Virus record (IMG/VR): IMGVR_UViG_3300026136_000008
DNA: 64,000 bases
Reading direction: 5' to 3' (one strand)
Source of the DNA: a virus
Below the pieces are notes generated by a model. The model worked only from the letters and a program-made list of their open reading frames with translations, was not told where the DNA came from and did no database searches. Below are positions 47,662 to 56,290 of this stretch, piece by piece. The position numbers and the translations under genes were made by a program. Each line of letters begins with the position of its first letter. Position 1 is the first letter of the stretch.

Positions 47662-48417
47662 CTACCAATTTTCAATATGTTTAACATATTCGGTCATAGC
47701 ATGGTCAGAAAAGTTATCAACTTTAAGCTGTTTTATACCACCCCACATACCTTTCATACGATCTTTAAACAAAGACAATCCGTTTAATTTAACAGGATAA
47801 TGAACTGTTCCATCATGTCCAATATACATACGTGTGCCATCATGCTTATAGTTCATAAGTCTTAATGGAACTCTTGTAACAATATCATTATTATTTTGCC
47901 ATCTATAATGACATATTTTTAATGATTTAACATAGTTTGGCCATCCAACTCTTGGAGAACCGTATGTAAATAAGCAATCAACCTCTGGAAAATCATAGTT
48001 AAGAGCACATCGACTAGCCATAATAGTAGCCATTGCAGCACCTAAACTGTGTCCACAAAACCATAAAGGTTTCTTTACATTGATTACATCGACAGAAACT
48101 TCAGGCCAAAGATCATCTACCTCGGCTTTAAATCCACGATGGACTCTACTTACTGTTTCTGATTTGACTGGAAATGCTTTCAGATCTGCTTTGAGATCAT
48201 TAAATTCCGTAGGTTCTGTGCCACGACAAGCAATTACAACATCTGTTTTATTCTCAAATCTATATGCTTGTGCTCCACCGATATCATAAAATTTTGTTTT
48301 AGTAAAACCATGTTCTTTCGCAAGCTTTTTCATATCCTTTTCATCGTTATATGCATCTCTTGCAAGTTTAGCAAAAAGTAAACTTTGCTCCTTTAAACTC
48401 ATTTCACGTATACTCAT
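47662..48417 (-). CDS. Class 3 lipase
   Basis: ACRGTE, VHRGF, GHSLGAA, TYGSPRVG, NDIVTRVP, DH; start at TAATG overlap 48417. Confidence 0.92.
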   Translation of the reverse strand: MSIREMSLKEQSLLFAKLARDAYNDEKDMKKLAKEHGFTKTKFYDIGGAQAYRFENKTDVVIACRGTEPTEFNDLKADLKAFPVKSETVSRVHRGFKAEVDDLWPEVSVDVINVKKPLWFCGHSLGAAMATIMASRCALNYDFPEVDCLFTYGSPRVGWPNYVKSLKICHYRWQNNNDIVTRVPLRLMNYKHDGTRMYIGHDGTVHYPVKLNGLSLFKDRMKGMWGGIKQLKVDNFSDHAMTEYVKHIENW

Positions 48418-48548
48418 TACATTGCTCCCCAATCTTGGTAAGCTTTCCATGCACCCCAACCTATTGCAGCGATCGCAGCAATCTTAATAAATGATGTAGC
48501 AAATAACGCAATAAGCCCAAAGGCTATTAATCCCCAATTACTTCCCAT
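48417..48548 (-). CDS. Small hydrophobic membrane protein, 43 aa (not in ORF track)
   Basis: MGSNWGLIAFGLIALFATSFIKIAAIAAIGWGAWKAYQDWGAM; GGAG RBS; TAATG overlaps at both ends. Confidence 0.7.
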   Translation of the reverse strand: MGSNWGLIAFGLIALFATSFIKIAAIAAIGWGAWKAYQDWGAM

Positions 48549-48820
48549 TATAGTTTCTCCTCTATTTCTGTTTCTAAATCTTCAATACGCATTTCTAATT
48601 GCTCGATCTTTGCAGCAATCTTTGGATTGACTTTCTTCCAAGCATCTTCATCTTGGTTTAACCAAGTCCATCCATACTTGTCTCTAAAATAATCTACTGT
48701 ATCATCAATCTTACCATATGCCCATAAGCCAATACGTGTATCTTTAATATACGCTAGAAAAGCTGCACCTAATAATGCTCCTGCAATACTCGTATAAATC
48801 CATAGTCTATCTTCAAACAT
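48548..48820 (-). CDS. Membrane-anchored protein with C-terminal coiled coil
   Basis: N-terminal TM helix; GAGGAG RBS. Confidence 0.65.
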   Translation of the reverse strand: MFEDRLWIYTSIAGALLGAAFLAYIKDTRIGLWAYGKIDDTVDYFRDKYGWTWLNQDEDAWKKVNPKIAAKIEQLEMRIEDLETEIEEKL

Positions 48821-48821
48821 A

Positions 48822-49001
48822 TTAACTCTCCTCGAATGGTGACATTGCTCCTAACGGTGGAAGTCGTACTTCTCCTGTACACACCCCGTTATTATATGAT
48901 TTAAAATCTTTCCCTAATTCTTTTTGATATACATCTTTCATATATGTGTCTTGCTCATTAACTTCTTTGAGGTTTTCTTCATCGGCTGTTTCAAGCACCA
49001 T
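48822..49001 (-). CDS. Small acidic protein, 59 aa (not in ORF track)
   Basis: AGGAG RBS; MVLETADEENLKEVNEQDTYMKD...SPFEES fills the gap. Confidence 0.6.
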   Translation of the reverse strand: MVLETADEENLKEVNEQDTYMKDVYQKELGKDFKSYNNGVCTGEVRLPPLGAMSPFEES

Positions 49002-49010
49002 GCCTATCTC

Positions 49011-49280
<270 letters not shown>

Positions 49281-49283
49281 TTA

Positions 49284-49326
49284 TATTTATAATATTGCTA
49301 TTTATAAGGCGGGTTTTCTATAAATA
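49284..49326. promoter_or_regulatory. Divergent T4 late promoters
   Basis: TATAAATA on minus at 49284-49291 and 49299-49306, on plus at 49319-49326. Confidence 0.75.
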
Positions 49327-49356
49327 TAGTAATGAATATATAAGGAGATTAGTGAT

Positions 49357-49635
49357 TTGGAATATTTAGATCTAGTAGCGGAAGTGGGTTTCCCTATAGT
49401 TGGAGCAGGAGCAGCAGGATATTTTGTATATTTAACGCTTAATTTTATCTTAGATGGTGTATTAGATGACATTAAGCAACAAAGAATGTTTGCTCAAGCT
49501 TTAGATAATAGGGTTAAAACTATGAATAGCGAGTTAATTCGAATCGATGTGAAGATGTGTCAGGCATTTGGTATAAGACCTGATACAGATAGAATCGCAA
49601 GAGCAGATGGTAAGACTGATGCGAGGAGGGATTAA
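49357..49635 (+). CDS. Small single-TM protein (GFPI motif), paralog A
   Basis: AAGGAG RBS, TTG start; GFPIV TM helix plus coiled coil. Confidence 0.75.
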   Translation: MEYLDLVAEVGFPIVGAGAAGYFVYLTLNFILDGVLDDIKQQRMFAQALDNRVKTMNSELIRIDVKMCQAFGIRPDTDRIARADGKTDARRD

Positions 49636-49952
49636 TGGAAGTTCCTGAAGTAGTAGTTGAGCAACAATCCACAATAGGTTCATTAATTAGTGATTATGGG
49701 TTTCCCATTATTGCCGCATTTGCAATGGCCTACTTCATATATTTTATATGGACATGGGTATCTACAAAGGTAGACCCAGTTATAGGTGACAGTCACATGA
49801 CGTTAATTGCATTAATTGATAGGGTAAGAATGTTAGATAACGATTTAATTCGACTTAATGCTAAGTTGGATATGATATTACAGGAGAGGGAAAGACGTGA
49901 AAAAAATAATAGCGATAATAGCTATAACACTGACGACGATTTGCCAGGCTAG
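49635..49952 (+). CDS. Small single-TM protein (GFPI motif), paralog B
   Basis: GFPII TM helix; ALIDRVRMLDNDLIRL aligns with ALDNRVKTMNSELIRI of paralog A. Confidence 0.75.
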   Translation: MEVPEVVVEQQSTIGSLISDYGFPIIAAFAMAYFIYFIWTWVSTKVDPVIGDSHMTLIALIDRVRMLDNDLIRLNAKLDMILQERERREKNNSDNSYNTDDDLPG

Positions 49953-50379
49953 TCAGCTAACCTTTGATTTTAGTAATCCTTCGTTTAGCGGCGACGGATA
50001 TTCAAGTCATGTATTATCTATTTCTCAACTTGAGTACAATAGAAAGGAAGCAGTAAAAGACGATTTAATAGCTGCGCAAAAGGCAGCCGAAAGGGCAGAA
50101 TCGAATACAACTCTTGCTAAGTTTGTAACGAATGTTGAAAGTCGTATATTTGCAAACTTATCTAAACAAATGGTTGATAATATGTTTGGTACGAATTGTA
50201 CTGAAGATACTACAACAACCGAAGTAGAATGTCCACTAAGTGGTGAAGCAAAGTTACCTGATGGCTCGACAGTTTATTGGGCAAAAGATGAAACAGCAGA
50301 AACAATTACGTTAACTGTTACTGATGCTAATGGTAGTATAACTGAATTAGTAGTACCAGTTGGAGACTTTAAATTTTAA
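49897..50379 (+). CDS. csgF: Curli assembly protein CsgF
   Basis: Signal peptide then SQLTFDFSNPSFSG (CsgG-binding N-terminus); FVTNVESRIFANLS; upstream of csgG. Confidence 0.85.
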   Translation: MKKIIAIIAITLTTICQASQLTFDFSNPSFSGDGYSSHVLSISQLEYNRKEAVKDDLIAAQKAAERAESNTTLAKFVTNVESRIFANLSKQMVDNMFGTNCTEDTTTTEVECPLSGEAKLPDGSTVYWAKDETAETITLTVTDANGSITELVVPVGDFKF

Positions 50380-50383
50380 AATT

Positions 50384-51289
50384 ATGAATATGGAATATTT
50401 GGCGATAGCATTTTTAAGTTGTATTATAGCTGGTTGTTCAGTACAGAACACAAAGGCAATAGAAGGAGATATGCCTTTTGTTCAGGGTACACCCACAAAA
50501 CAATTGCTAAAAGAGATGCCTAAGCTAATAAATACTCCTACGGATGGCGAAGGCAATCCAGTAAAGATTACAGTTGCGGTATATGATTTTCCTGATGAAA
50601 CAGGACAAAGGAAGCAAGTAGGATTATCAACAGCGGTTTCTCAGGGAGCTGATGTTTGGGTTATACAATCACTCATGGCAGTTAATAATGGTGGTTGGTT
50701 TACAGTTGTTGAAAGAGCGAGTTTAGATAATTTAACGAAAGAAAGACAACTGATTAGAAGTACAAGGGAACTATATGATGGTTCTCAGGCGACAGATTCT
50801 TTATCGCCTATGTTGTTTGCTGGCCTAATATTAGAGGGTGGCATTGTTGGATATGATACCAATACAACAAGCGGTGGAGCAGGAGCAAGGTTTCTAGGTT
50901 TAGGAGCTAACGATCAATATAGAACTGATCAAGTAACTGTTTCATTAAGACTCGTTGCGGTGCAGACAGGAGAGATCTTATTGACTGTATCATCAACGAA
51001 AACAATTGCGAGTACCAGTAATGGTGCAGATGTGTTTAGATTTTTAGATTTAGGAACACGTGCACTGGAAATAGAATCTGGTAATGCAGCTAACGAACCG
51101 GTGAATTATGCGATTCGTACAGCTATTGAATATGCAGTCTTGCAAATGCTATATGAAGGAAGAGAGTGTGGTTTATGGGAGTGGGCAGAACCAGTTATGG
51201 CAGAACGCGTAGACAAAGATGTCTTAAATTCTAATATACCACTTGATGATTGGGTAAAGCATCCAATTGAGGCAAAAGAAGGAGAGTAG
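50384..51289 (+). CDS. csgG: Curli secretion channel lipoprotein CsgG
   Basis: IAGC lipobox; VAVYDFPDETGQ, STAVSQG, WFTVVER..LDNLTKERQLIR, EGGIVGYD, YRTDQVTVSLR. Confidence 0.95.
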   Translation: MNMEYLAIAFLSCIIAGCSVQNTKAIEGDMPFVQGTPTKQLLKEMPKLINTPTDGEGNPVKITVAVYDFPDETGQRKQVGLSTAVSQGADVWVIQSLMAVNNGGWFTVVERASLDNLTKERQLIRSTRELYDGSQATDSLSPMLFAGLILEGGIVGYDTNTTSGGAGARFLGLGANDQYRTDQVTVSLRLVAVQTGEILLTVSSTKTIASTSNGADVFRFLDLGTRALEIESGNAANEPVNYAIRTAIEYAVLQMLYEGRECGLWEWAEPVMAERVDKDVLNSNIPLDDWVKHPIEAKEGE

Positions 51290-51292
51290 TAA

Positions 51293-52402
51293 ATGAAATT
51301 ACTAACATTCTTTGTTATGACTTTGATGAGCATGCCATTAATGGCTGTAAATAAAATTTATGTAACGCAAGCTGGTGCCTCATTAGTTTTTGATGTACTA
51401 CAAGATGGAGATGGTAATATGGTCGGTAATTCGACTACGGCATCAACGGTTAATGGATCAGCTTCAAACTTTAATATCGACCAAGTGGGAGATAGTAATA
51501 TAATCACCTTTGATATAAATGGTGATAACTTTGTTGGTACATGGAGTACCACAGGTAACAGTAACAATATTGATTTTAATTGTGACCCAGCAGATAATAC
51601 AAGTGGTTGTGATGATGTCAATGCTGTTATCACATTTACTGGTAACTCACAAGACATTGATATAGATGTTGGTGGTACTACATCTGGTGATAATGCTGAT
51701 ATTGATATTGTTGGCCAATCAGGTACTGATAGTACTGTTGTTAATGCTACTATTGATGGTACAAGTGCAATACTAAGATTAACAGTTAACGGCGACACAA
51801 ATAACTATTTAATAGACATAGATGGTAATGGAGATGTTAATGGTCATACATTAATTATGACTCAAACTGGTATTACTGCTGATGTTGATGTTACTCAATC
51901 TGGTACAGATGATAACTCTATAACATTTACATCAACGGGCGATTCACAAAACATTGATATTACACAAACCTCTGGTGGTACAGTTACGGCAACAACAAGC
52001 GGAAGTACATCATCTGCGGTAAAGACAGTTAATATTAATCAGACTGCGGCCGCAACATTTAATACAGATGGTACTATCCTTGGACAAACGTCATCTGGTC
52101 TTGCTGGTGCTGGTGGTACATACGATATTGACCAAACAGCTGCTGGTACAATTAACTTAGATGTAAATGGTGCAAGTGCGGATGTGAGTATAGAACAAAC
52201 AAGTACAGGAACAGTAAATATTGATGCTGCTGGTGCAAGTTTTACTGCTGACATTGACCAAGATAACGCAAGTACACTTTCATTACATCATGATGGTGCT
52301 AGTGGAGATTATGTTATATTGCAAACTGGTGGTAATGGAGATATATTAACCCTAACGGTTAACGGTGCTTCGGCAAACGTAGATATTATCCAAAGAGATT
52401 AA
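51293..52402 (+). CDS. Secreted curlin-repeat (CsgA/B-like) beta-solenoid protein
   Basis: Signal peptide; tandem I-x-Q-x-G-x-x-N type repeats; N/D/T/G-rich. Confidence 0.75.
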   Translation: MKLLTFFVMTLMSMPLMAVNKIYVTQAGASLVFDVLQDGDGNMVGNSTTASTVNGSASNFNIDQVGDSNIITFDINGDNFVGTWSTTGNSNNIDFNCDPADNTSGCDDVNAVITFTGNSQDIDIDVGGTTSGDNADIDIVGQSGTDSTVVNATIDGTSAILRLTVNGDTNNYLIDIDGNGDVNGHTLIMTQTGITADVDVTQSGTDDNSITFTSTGDSQNIDITQTSGGTVTATTSGSTSSAVKTVNINQTAAATFNTDGTILGQTSSGLAGAGGTYDIDQTAAGTINLDVNGASADVSIEQTSTGTVNIDAAGASFTADIDQDNASTLSLHHDGASGDYVILQTGGNGDILTLTVNGASANVDIIQRD

Positions 52403-52403
52403 T

Positions 52404-53504
52404 GTGCGATTATTTGTTATATTATGGTGTTTAACATTTTCATCATTCGCTAGTATAATTGGCGATGTCATTAAGACAGAGGGCAGCGCTGCTATTCAAA
52501 GAACGGATGGTGAAGATGTTGAATCTGAATTAGATTTAGATATATTTCAGTATGATACTGTAAAGACAGGTAAAGGTAAAGTCGCTATTGGCTTTATTGA
52601 TGAAACGAGAGTAGATGTAACCCAACATTCAAAATTAATTATTGATGAATTTGTTTATGACCCAAATACAAAGAAAGGTTCGTTATCACTAAAAGCAGCA
52701 CTTGGTACAGTAAGATATGCTTCTGGCCAAATAGCAAAGACCAGTGCAACAAATGTTCAAATAAAAACGCCCACCGCAACGATAGGTGTTCGAGGTACAG
52801 ATTTCTCGATGACGATAGACGAGCTAGGTAGCTCTACTATTATTCTTTTACCGTCATGTGATACAAATGGAAACTGCTTCGTAGGTGAAATAATAGTTGA
52901 ATCTGATGCAGGTATGGTTATTATGAACCAAGCTTTTCAAGCTACGCTTGTAGATACAATTGATAGTAAACCTATAAATCCTGTTATTGTAGAGCTAGAT
53001 GAAAGTTGGATCAGTAACTTACTTATTATATCAAAACCAAAGGAAATTGAAGAAGCAGTTCAAGAATCAGAATTTAATAAAGTTGCAACTGCCCTTGATA
53101 TAGACTTTCTAAAGTTTGAAGAATTAGAAATAGATTATTTAGAAGAGGTAGAAGATGATGCAGTAACAATGCTTGATATTAATTTTTTAGATCAGAATTT
53201 TTTAGCAGATGTTTTAGAACAACTCAATCGTCAATTGGCATTACAAATGCAATCTGAATTTGATAAAAAGAAAGGAGTTGTGTACGATTTTAAATTAGGT
53301 AAAGACAAGGAAACAGGAATTACAATACTAGACGAAGATCCACAATGGTATTGGCATAGAGAAGCTGCAAGTGGTAGTGTGGTTGAATTAAGGCTTGAGA
53401 AAGAAAATAGTTATATGATGAATATACAACAAGGGGATTTCTATTTAATAGATTTTGAATTAGGAGGAACAGAAAGTGAAATCACTATTATTCAAAGTCA
53501 GTAG
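52404..53504 (+). CDS. FecR-domain periplasmic protein
   Basis: Signal peptide; DTVKTG, LIIDEFVYDP, GTVRYASG, TPTATIGVRGTDF. Confidence 0.88.
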   Translation: MRLFVILWCLTFSSFASIIGDVIKTEGSAAIQRTDGEDVESELDLDIFQYDTVKTGKGKVAIGFIDETRVDVTQHSKLIIDEFVYDPNTKKGSLSLKAALGTVRYASGQIAKTSATNVQIKTPTATIGVRGTDFSMTIDELGSSTIILLPSCDTNGNCFVGEIIVESDAGMVIMNQAFQATLVDTIDSKPINPVIVELDESWISNLLIISKPKEIEEAVQESEFNKVATALDIDFLKFEELEIDYLEEVEDDAVTMLDINFLDQNFLADVLEQLNRQLALQMQSEFDKKKGVVYDFKLGKDKETGITILDEDPQWYWHREAASGSVVELRLEKENSYMMNIQQGDFYLIDFELGGTESEITIIQSQ

Positions 53505-54258
53505 TATATTACTATTATGCTTACCTGTATTTGCTAACAACGAGATATACATTTCGCAAGTTGGCACAAGTAATAACTTTACATTAGATATAACCCAAGA
53601 TGGTGATGATAATGTAGTAAATTTTTCTGTATCACACGATGATAATACAATTACAATTGACCAAGAGGGTGAAGATGGTTATGTAGGTTATACTACGGCA
53701 TGGGGAACTCAATCTAATGGAGATTTAGATGGTTCTGACAATAATATTAATATTAAGCAATACTGTAATCAAACTGTTTGTGGTGGTGATAGATTTGAAT
53801 TTCACATAATGGGTAATGATAATGATGTTGATTTTTATCAAGGGTATAGTGTAAATACTTCGAATAATCCAGGAACTCCAGATTTATTTGAAGCAGGTGG
53901 TCACTTTGTAAGATTAGATATTCATGGTTCTAATAATAGATTTTTAGGAAGTCAAAGATCACATAATACAGGACACGAACACTCAAATACTTCAAACATT
54001 TATGGTAATTATAATGACATTTATATGAGGCAAGATAGCAATCAAGATAAAACAATGACTTTAACTGTCAATAATTCTAATAATGATATTGATATGATAC
54101 AAACTGGAAGTGCTGAACATAGTGCTACTATTACATTGAGTGGTTCTTATGCTACAGATTTAGATTTATTACAAAAAGGTGGTACAGCACAGTCATATAC
54201 TTTAACACAAACGTGTACGACTGCGAGTGGATGTTCAGTTCAAGTTACACAACAATAG
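53476..54258 (+). CDS. Second secreted curlin-repeat protein (CsgB-like)
   Basis: Signal peptide; NEIYISQVG, DITQDGDDN, TIDQEG, DMIQTG repeats. Confidence 0.75.
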   Translation: MKSLLFKVSSILLLCLPVFANNEIYISQVGTSNNFTLDITQDGDDNVVNFSVSHDDNTITIDQEGEDGYVGYTTAWGTQSNGDLDGSDNNINIKQYCNQTVCGGDRFEFHIMGNDNDVDFYQGYSVNTSNNPGTPDLFEAGGHFVRLDIHGSNNRFLGSQRSHNTGHEHSNTSNIYGNYNDIYMRQDSNQDKTMTLTVNNSNNDIDMIQTGSAEHSATITLSGSYATDLDLLQKGGTAQSYTLTQTCTTASGCSVQVTQQ

Positions 54259-54266
54259 TATAAATA
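54259..54266 (+). promoter_or_regulatory. T4 late promoter, 5 nt before cyclase ATG
   Basis: TATAAATA-GGTTT-ATG(54272). Confidence 0.7.
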
Positions 54267-54271
54267 GGTTT

Positions 54272-56113
54272 ATGAAGAAAATATTATCACATTGGTCTAT
54301 AGCATTTGTTACTCTTATAGCATTAACCTATATCGGTTTACAAGATCCATGGGTCAAAGAGATACTACGACTTAAATCATTTGACTATGTATTGCAAAAT
54401 GAAGAGAAGACTCCTTCTCAAGCAATATCAATAGTTACCATAGACGAAGCAGCGATCGAAGAACATGGTCAATGGCCATGGGATCGTGATACGCTTGCTA
54501 ACCTCATACTTCAATTAAGGAATGCAGAGACAGGTATTATTGTTATGCCTATATTGTTTAGTGAGGAAGATAGGTTTGGTAGTGATGATACATTCTGTGA
54601 AACATTAACGTATGGTACAGTTATTGCCCAAACAGGTACAGCACAAGAAAGAACATCTAATCCAGTACCGAGAGGTGTGGCAAAGATAGGAGATCCGTTA
54701 CCATATTTGTATGAGTGGAATGGCATGGTTGGTCCATTACCTAAACTTGCAGAATGTGCAGGTGGTGTTGGTGTCATTAATACTGCTCCTGAGATTGATG
54801 GTGTTGTAAGACGAGTTCCATTACTTATGAAGATAGGTGAAGAGGTATATCCGAATATGGCAATAGAAACTATTCGTGTTGCTGTAGGTGACCCATCATA
54901 TCAAGTCAAAGCTGATGAGACTGGTATTGTGGCTATGAGAGTTCCTGCTTATGCTACAATTAATACAGATACAAATGCTCGTGTATGGGTAAGATGGAAT
55001 AAAGAATTCAAAACAATGAGTGCCGCATCTGAAGACTTCACGCCGCTTGCGGGTACCACAGTCATTATTGCTATGACAGCAGAGGGATTAGGTGGAGTGA
55101 TTGCAACGCCTGTGGGTGAACAATATGACTATGTTATATCTGCACAAACCCTTCAAACAATATTAGATGGCGAAACAATAAAGCGATACGATAGCCTTAT
55201 AGAGATACTGGCTGGATTCGTATTAGGTATAATCATCATACTTATTACTAGATTTACACCATATTGGATAATTGGTGTATCTTTATTAGGTGTATTTGGT
55301 GGAGGTATATATTACTTCCAACATATGTTTAGTACACAATTAGTTCTTGTAGATATTACATGGGCATTATTAACATTCTTTATTGTAGGATTCCATGCTA
55401 CATTCAATAGATTCATATTAGAGTTTAGGCAGAAACAACAGATTAAGAAACAGTTCGAACACTACTTAGATCCAAGACAAGTCAAAGAACTACAGAAAAA
55501 TCCTGACTTATTGAAGTTAGGTGGTGAGAGAAAAGAAATGTCTTATTTGTTTATGGACATTATTGGATTTACACCTATATCAGAATACTATAAAAACAAT
55601 GATGACCCAGAAGGATTAGTCGTTCTTGTTAATGAATTCTTAGATGAGATGACAAATATTATATTGGCTAATGGTGGTATGGTCGATAAGTTTATGGGTG
55701 ATTGTATTATGGCAGTATTTGGTGCACCACTTGATATGCCTAATCATGCTGAGATGGCGGTGAAGTCTGCTATTGAAATAGAAGCAAAGACATTAGAACT
55801 AAAACAAAGATATAAAGATCGTGGCTTACCTGATATAAACGTAGGTACAGGTGTAAATACTGGACCAGCAATTATCGGTAATATGGGTAGCTCTACACGA
55901 TTTGATTTTAGTGTAATAGGTGATGCTGTTAATCTAGCAGCAAGACTAGAAGCAACAGCAGGAAGGGGAGATTATTCAAAATATCCAACTATATATTCCT
56001 CAATGACAATGGATCAGTTACCTGATACTTATAAATCTAAAAAGATTGGCGATATAAAAGTTAAGGGGAAAGAAGACGTAATAACTATTTATGCCGCTGT
56101 TCCCTCTTCATAA
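54272..56113 (+). CDS. CHASE2-domain class III adenylate/guanylate cyclase
   Basis: IVTIDE..GQWPWDR, DGVVRRVPL (CHASE2); 3 TM; FMDIIGFT, DKFMGDCIMA, GDAVNLAARLE. Confidence 0.96.
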   Translation: MKKILSHWSIAFVTLIALTYIGLQDPWVKEILRLKSFDYVLQNEEKTPSQAISIVTIDEAAIEEHGQWPWDRDTLANLILQLRNAETGIIVMPILFSEEDRFGSDDTFCETLTYGTVIAQTGTAQERTSNPVPRGVAKIGDPLPYLYEWNGMVGPLPKLAECAGGVGVINTAPEIDGVVRRVPLLMKIGEEVYPNMAIETIRVAVGDPSYQVKADETGIVAMRVPAYATINTDTNARVWVRWNKEFKTMSAASEDFTPLAGTTVIIAMTAEGLGGVIATPVGEQYDYVISAQTLQTILDGETIKRYDSLIEILAGFVLGIIIILITRFTPYWIIGVSLLGVFGGGIYYFQHMFSTQLVLVDITWALLTFFIVGFHATFNRFILEFRQKQQIKKQFEHYLDPRQVKELQKNPDLLKLGGERKEMSYLFMDIIGFTPISEYYKNNDDPEGLVVLVNEFLDEMTNIILANGGMVDKFMGDCIMAVFGAPLDMPNHAEMAVKSAIEIEAKTLELKQRYKDRGLPDINVGTGVNTGPAIIGNMGSSTRFDFSVIGDAVNLAARLEATAGRGDYSKYPTIYSSMTMDQLPDTYKSKKIGDIKVKGKEDVITIYAAVPSS

Positions 56114-56240
56114 GATTCTTTAAACTCTTTACGAGATTCTTCTTCTTATTGGATCTATCATGACCCATCTCATGTAACTTTTGTTTTGTATGTTTTAATT
56201 GTACTTTCTTACTTATATTACGACTAGTAGTCTGATTCAT
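56085..56240 (-). CDS. Small basic protein, 51 aa (not in ORF track)
   Basis: MNQTTSRNISKKVQLKHTKQKLHEMGHDRSNKKKNLVKSLKNLMKREQRHK; TATAAATA at 56246-56253, 5 nt upstream. Confidence 0.55.
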   Translation of the reverse strand: MNQTTSRNISKKVQLKHTKQKLHEMGHDRSNKKKNLVKSLKNLMKREQRHK

Positions 56241-56256
56241 ATATTTATTTATAAAG

Positions 56257-56283
56257 AAAAAAAAAGGCTCCCGAAGGAGCCTT
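56257..56283 (-). terminator. Rho-independent terminator
   Basis: AAGGCTCC-TTCG-GGAGCCTT plus T run. Confidence 0.9.
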
Positions 56284-56290
56284 AGAAATG

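Noticed and set aside
2850-48289. Many plus-strand ORFs in the track (e.g. 5598, 17980, 33245, 40822)
   Set aside because: Antisense shadows of well-supported minus-strand genes, with no RBS or recognisable motifs
49327-49356. Riboswitch upstream of the curli operon
   Set aside because: Only about 30 nt between promoter and start codon; no room for a structured element
51106-54777. Minus-strand ORFs within the curli operon
   Set aside because: Antisense shadows of csgG, the curlin-like gene and the cyclase
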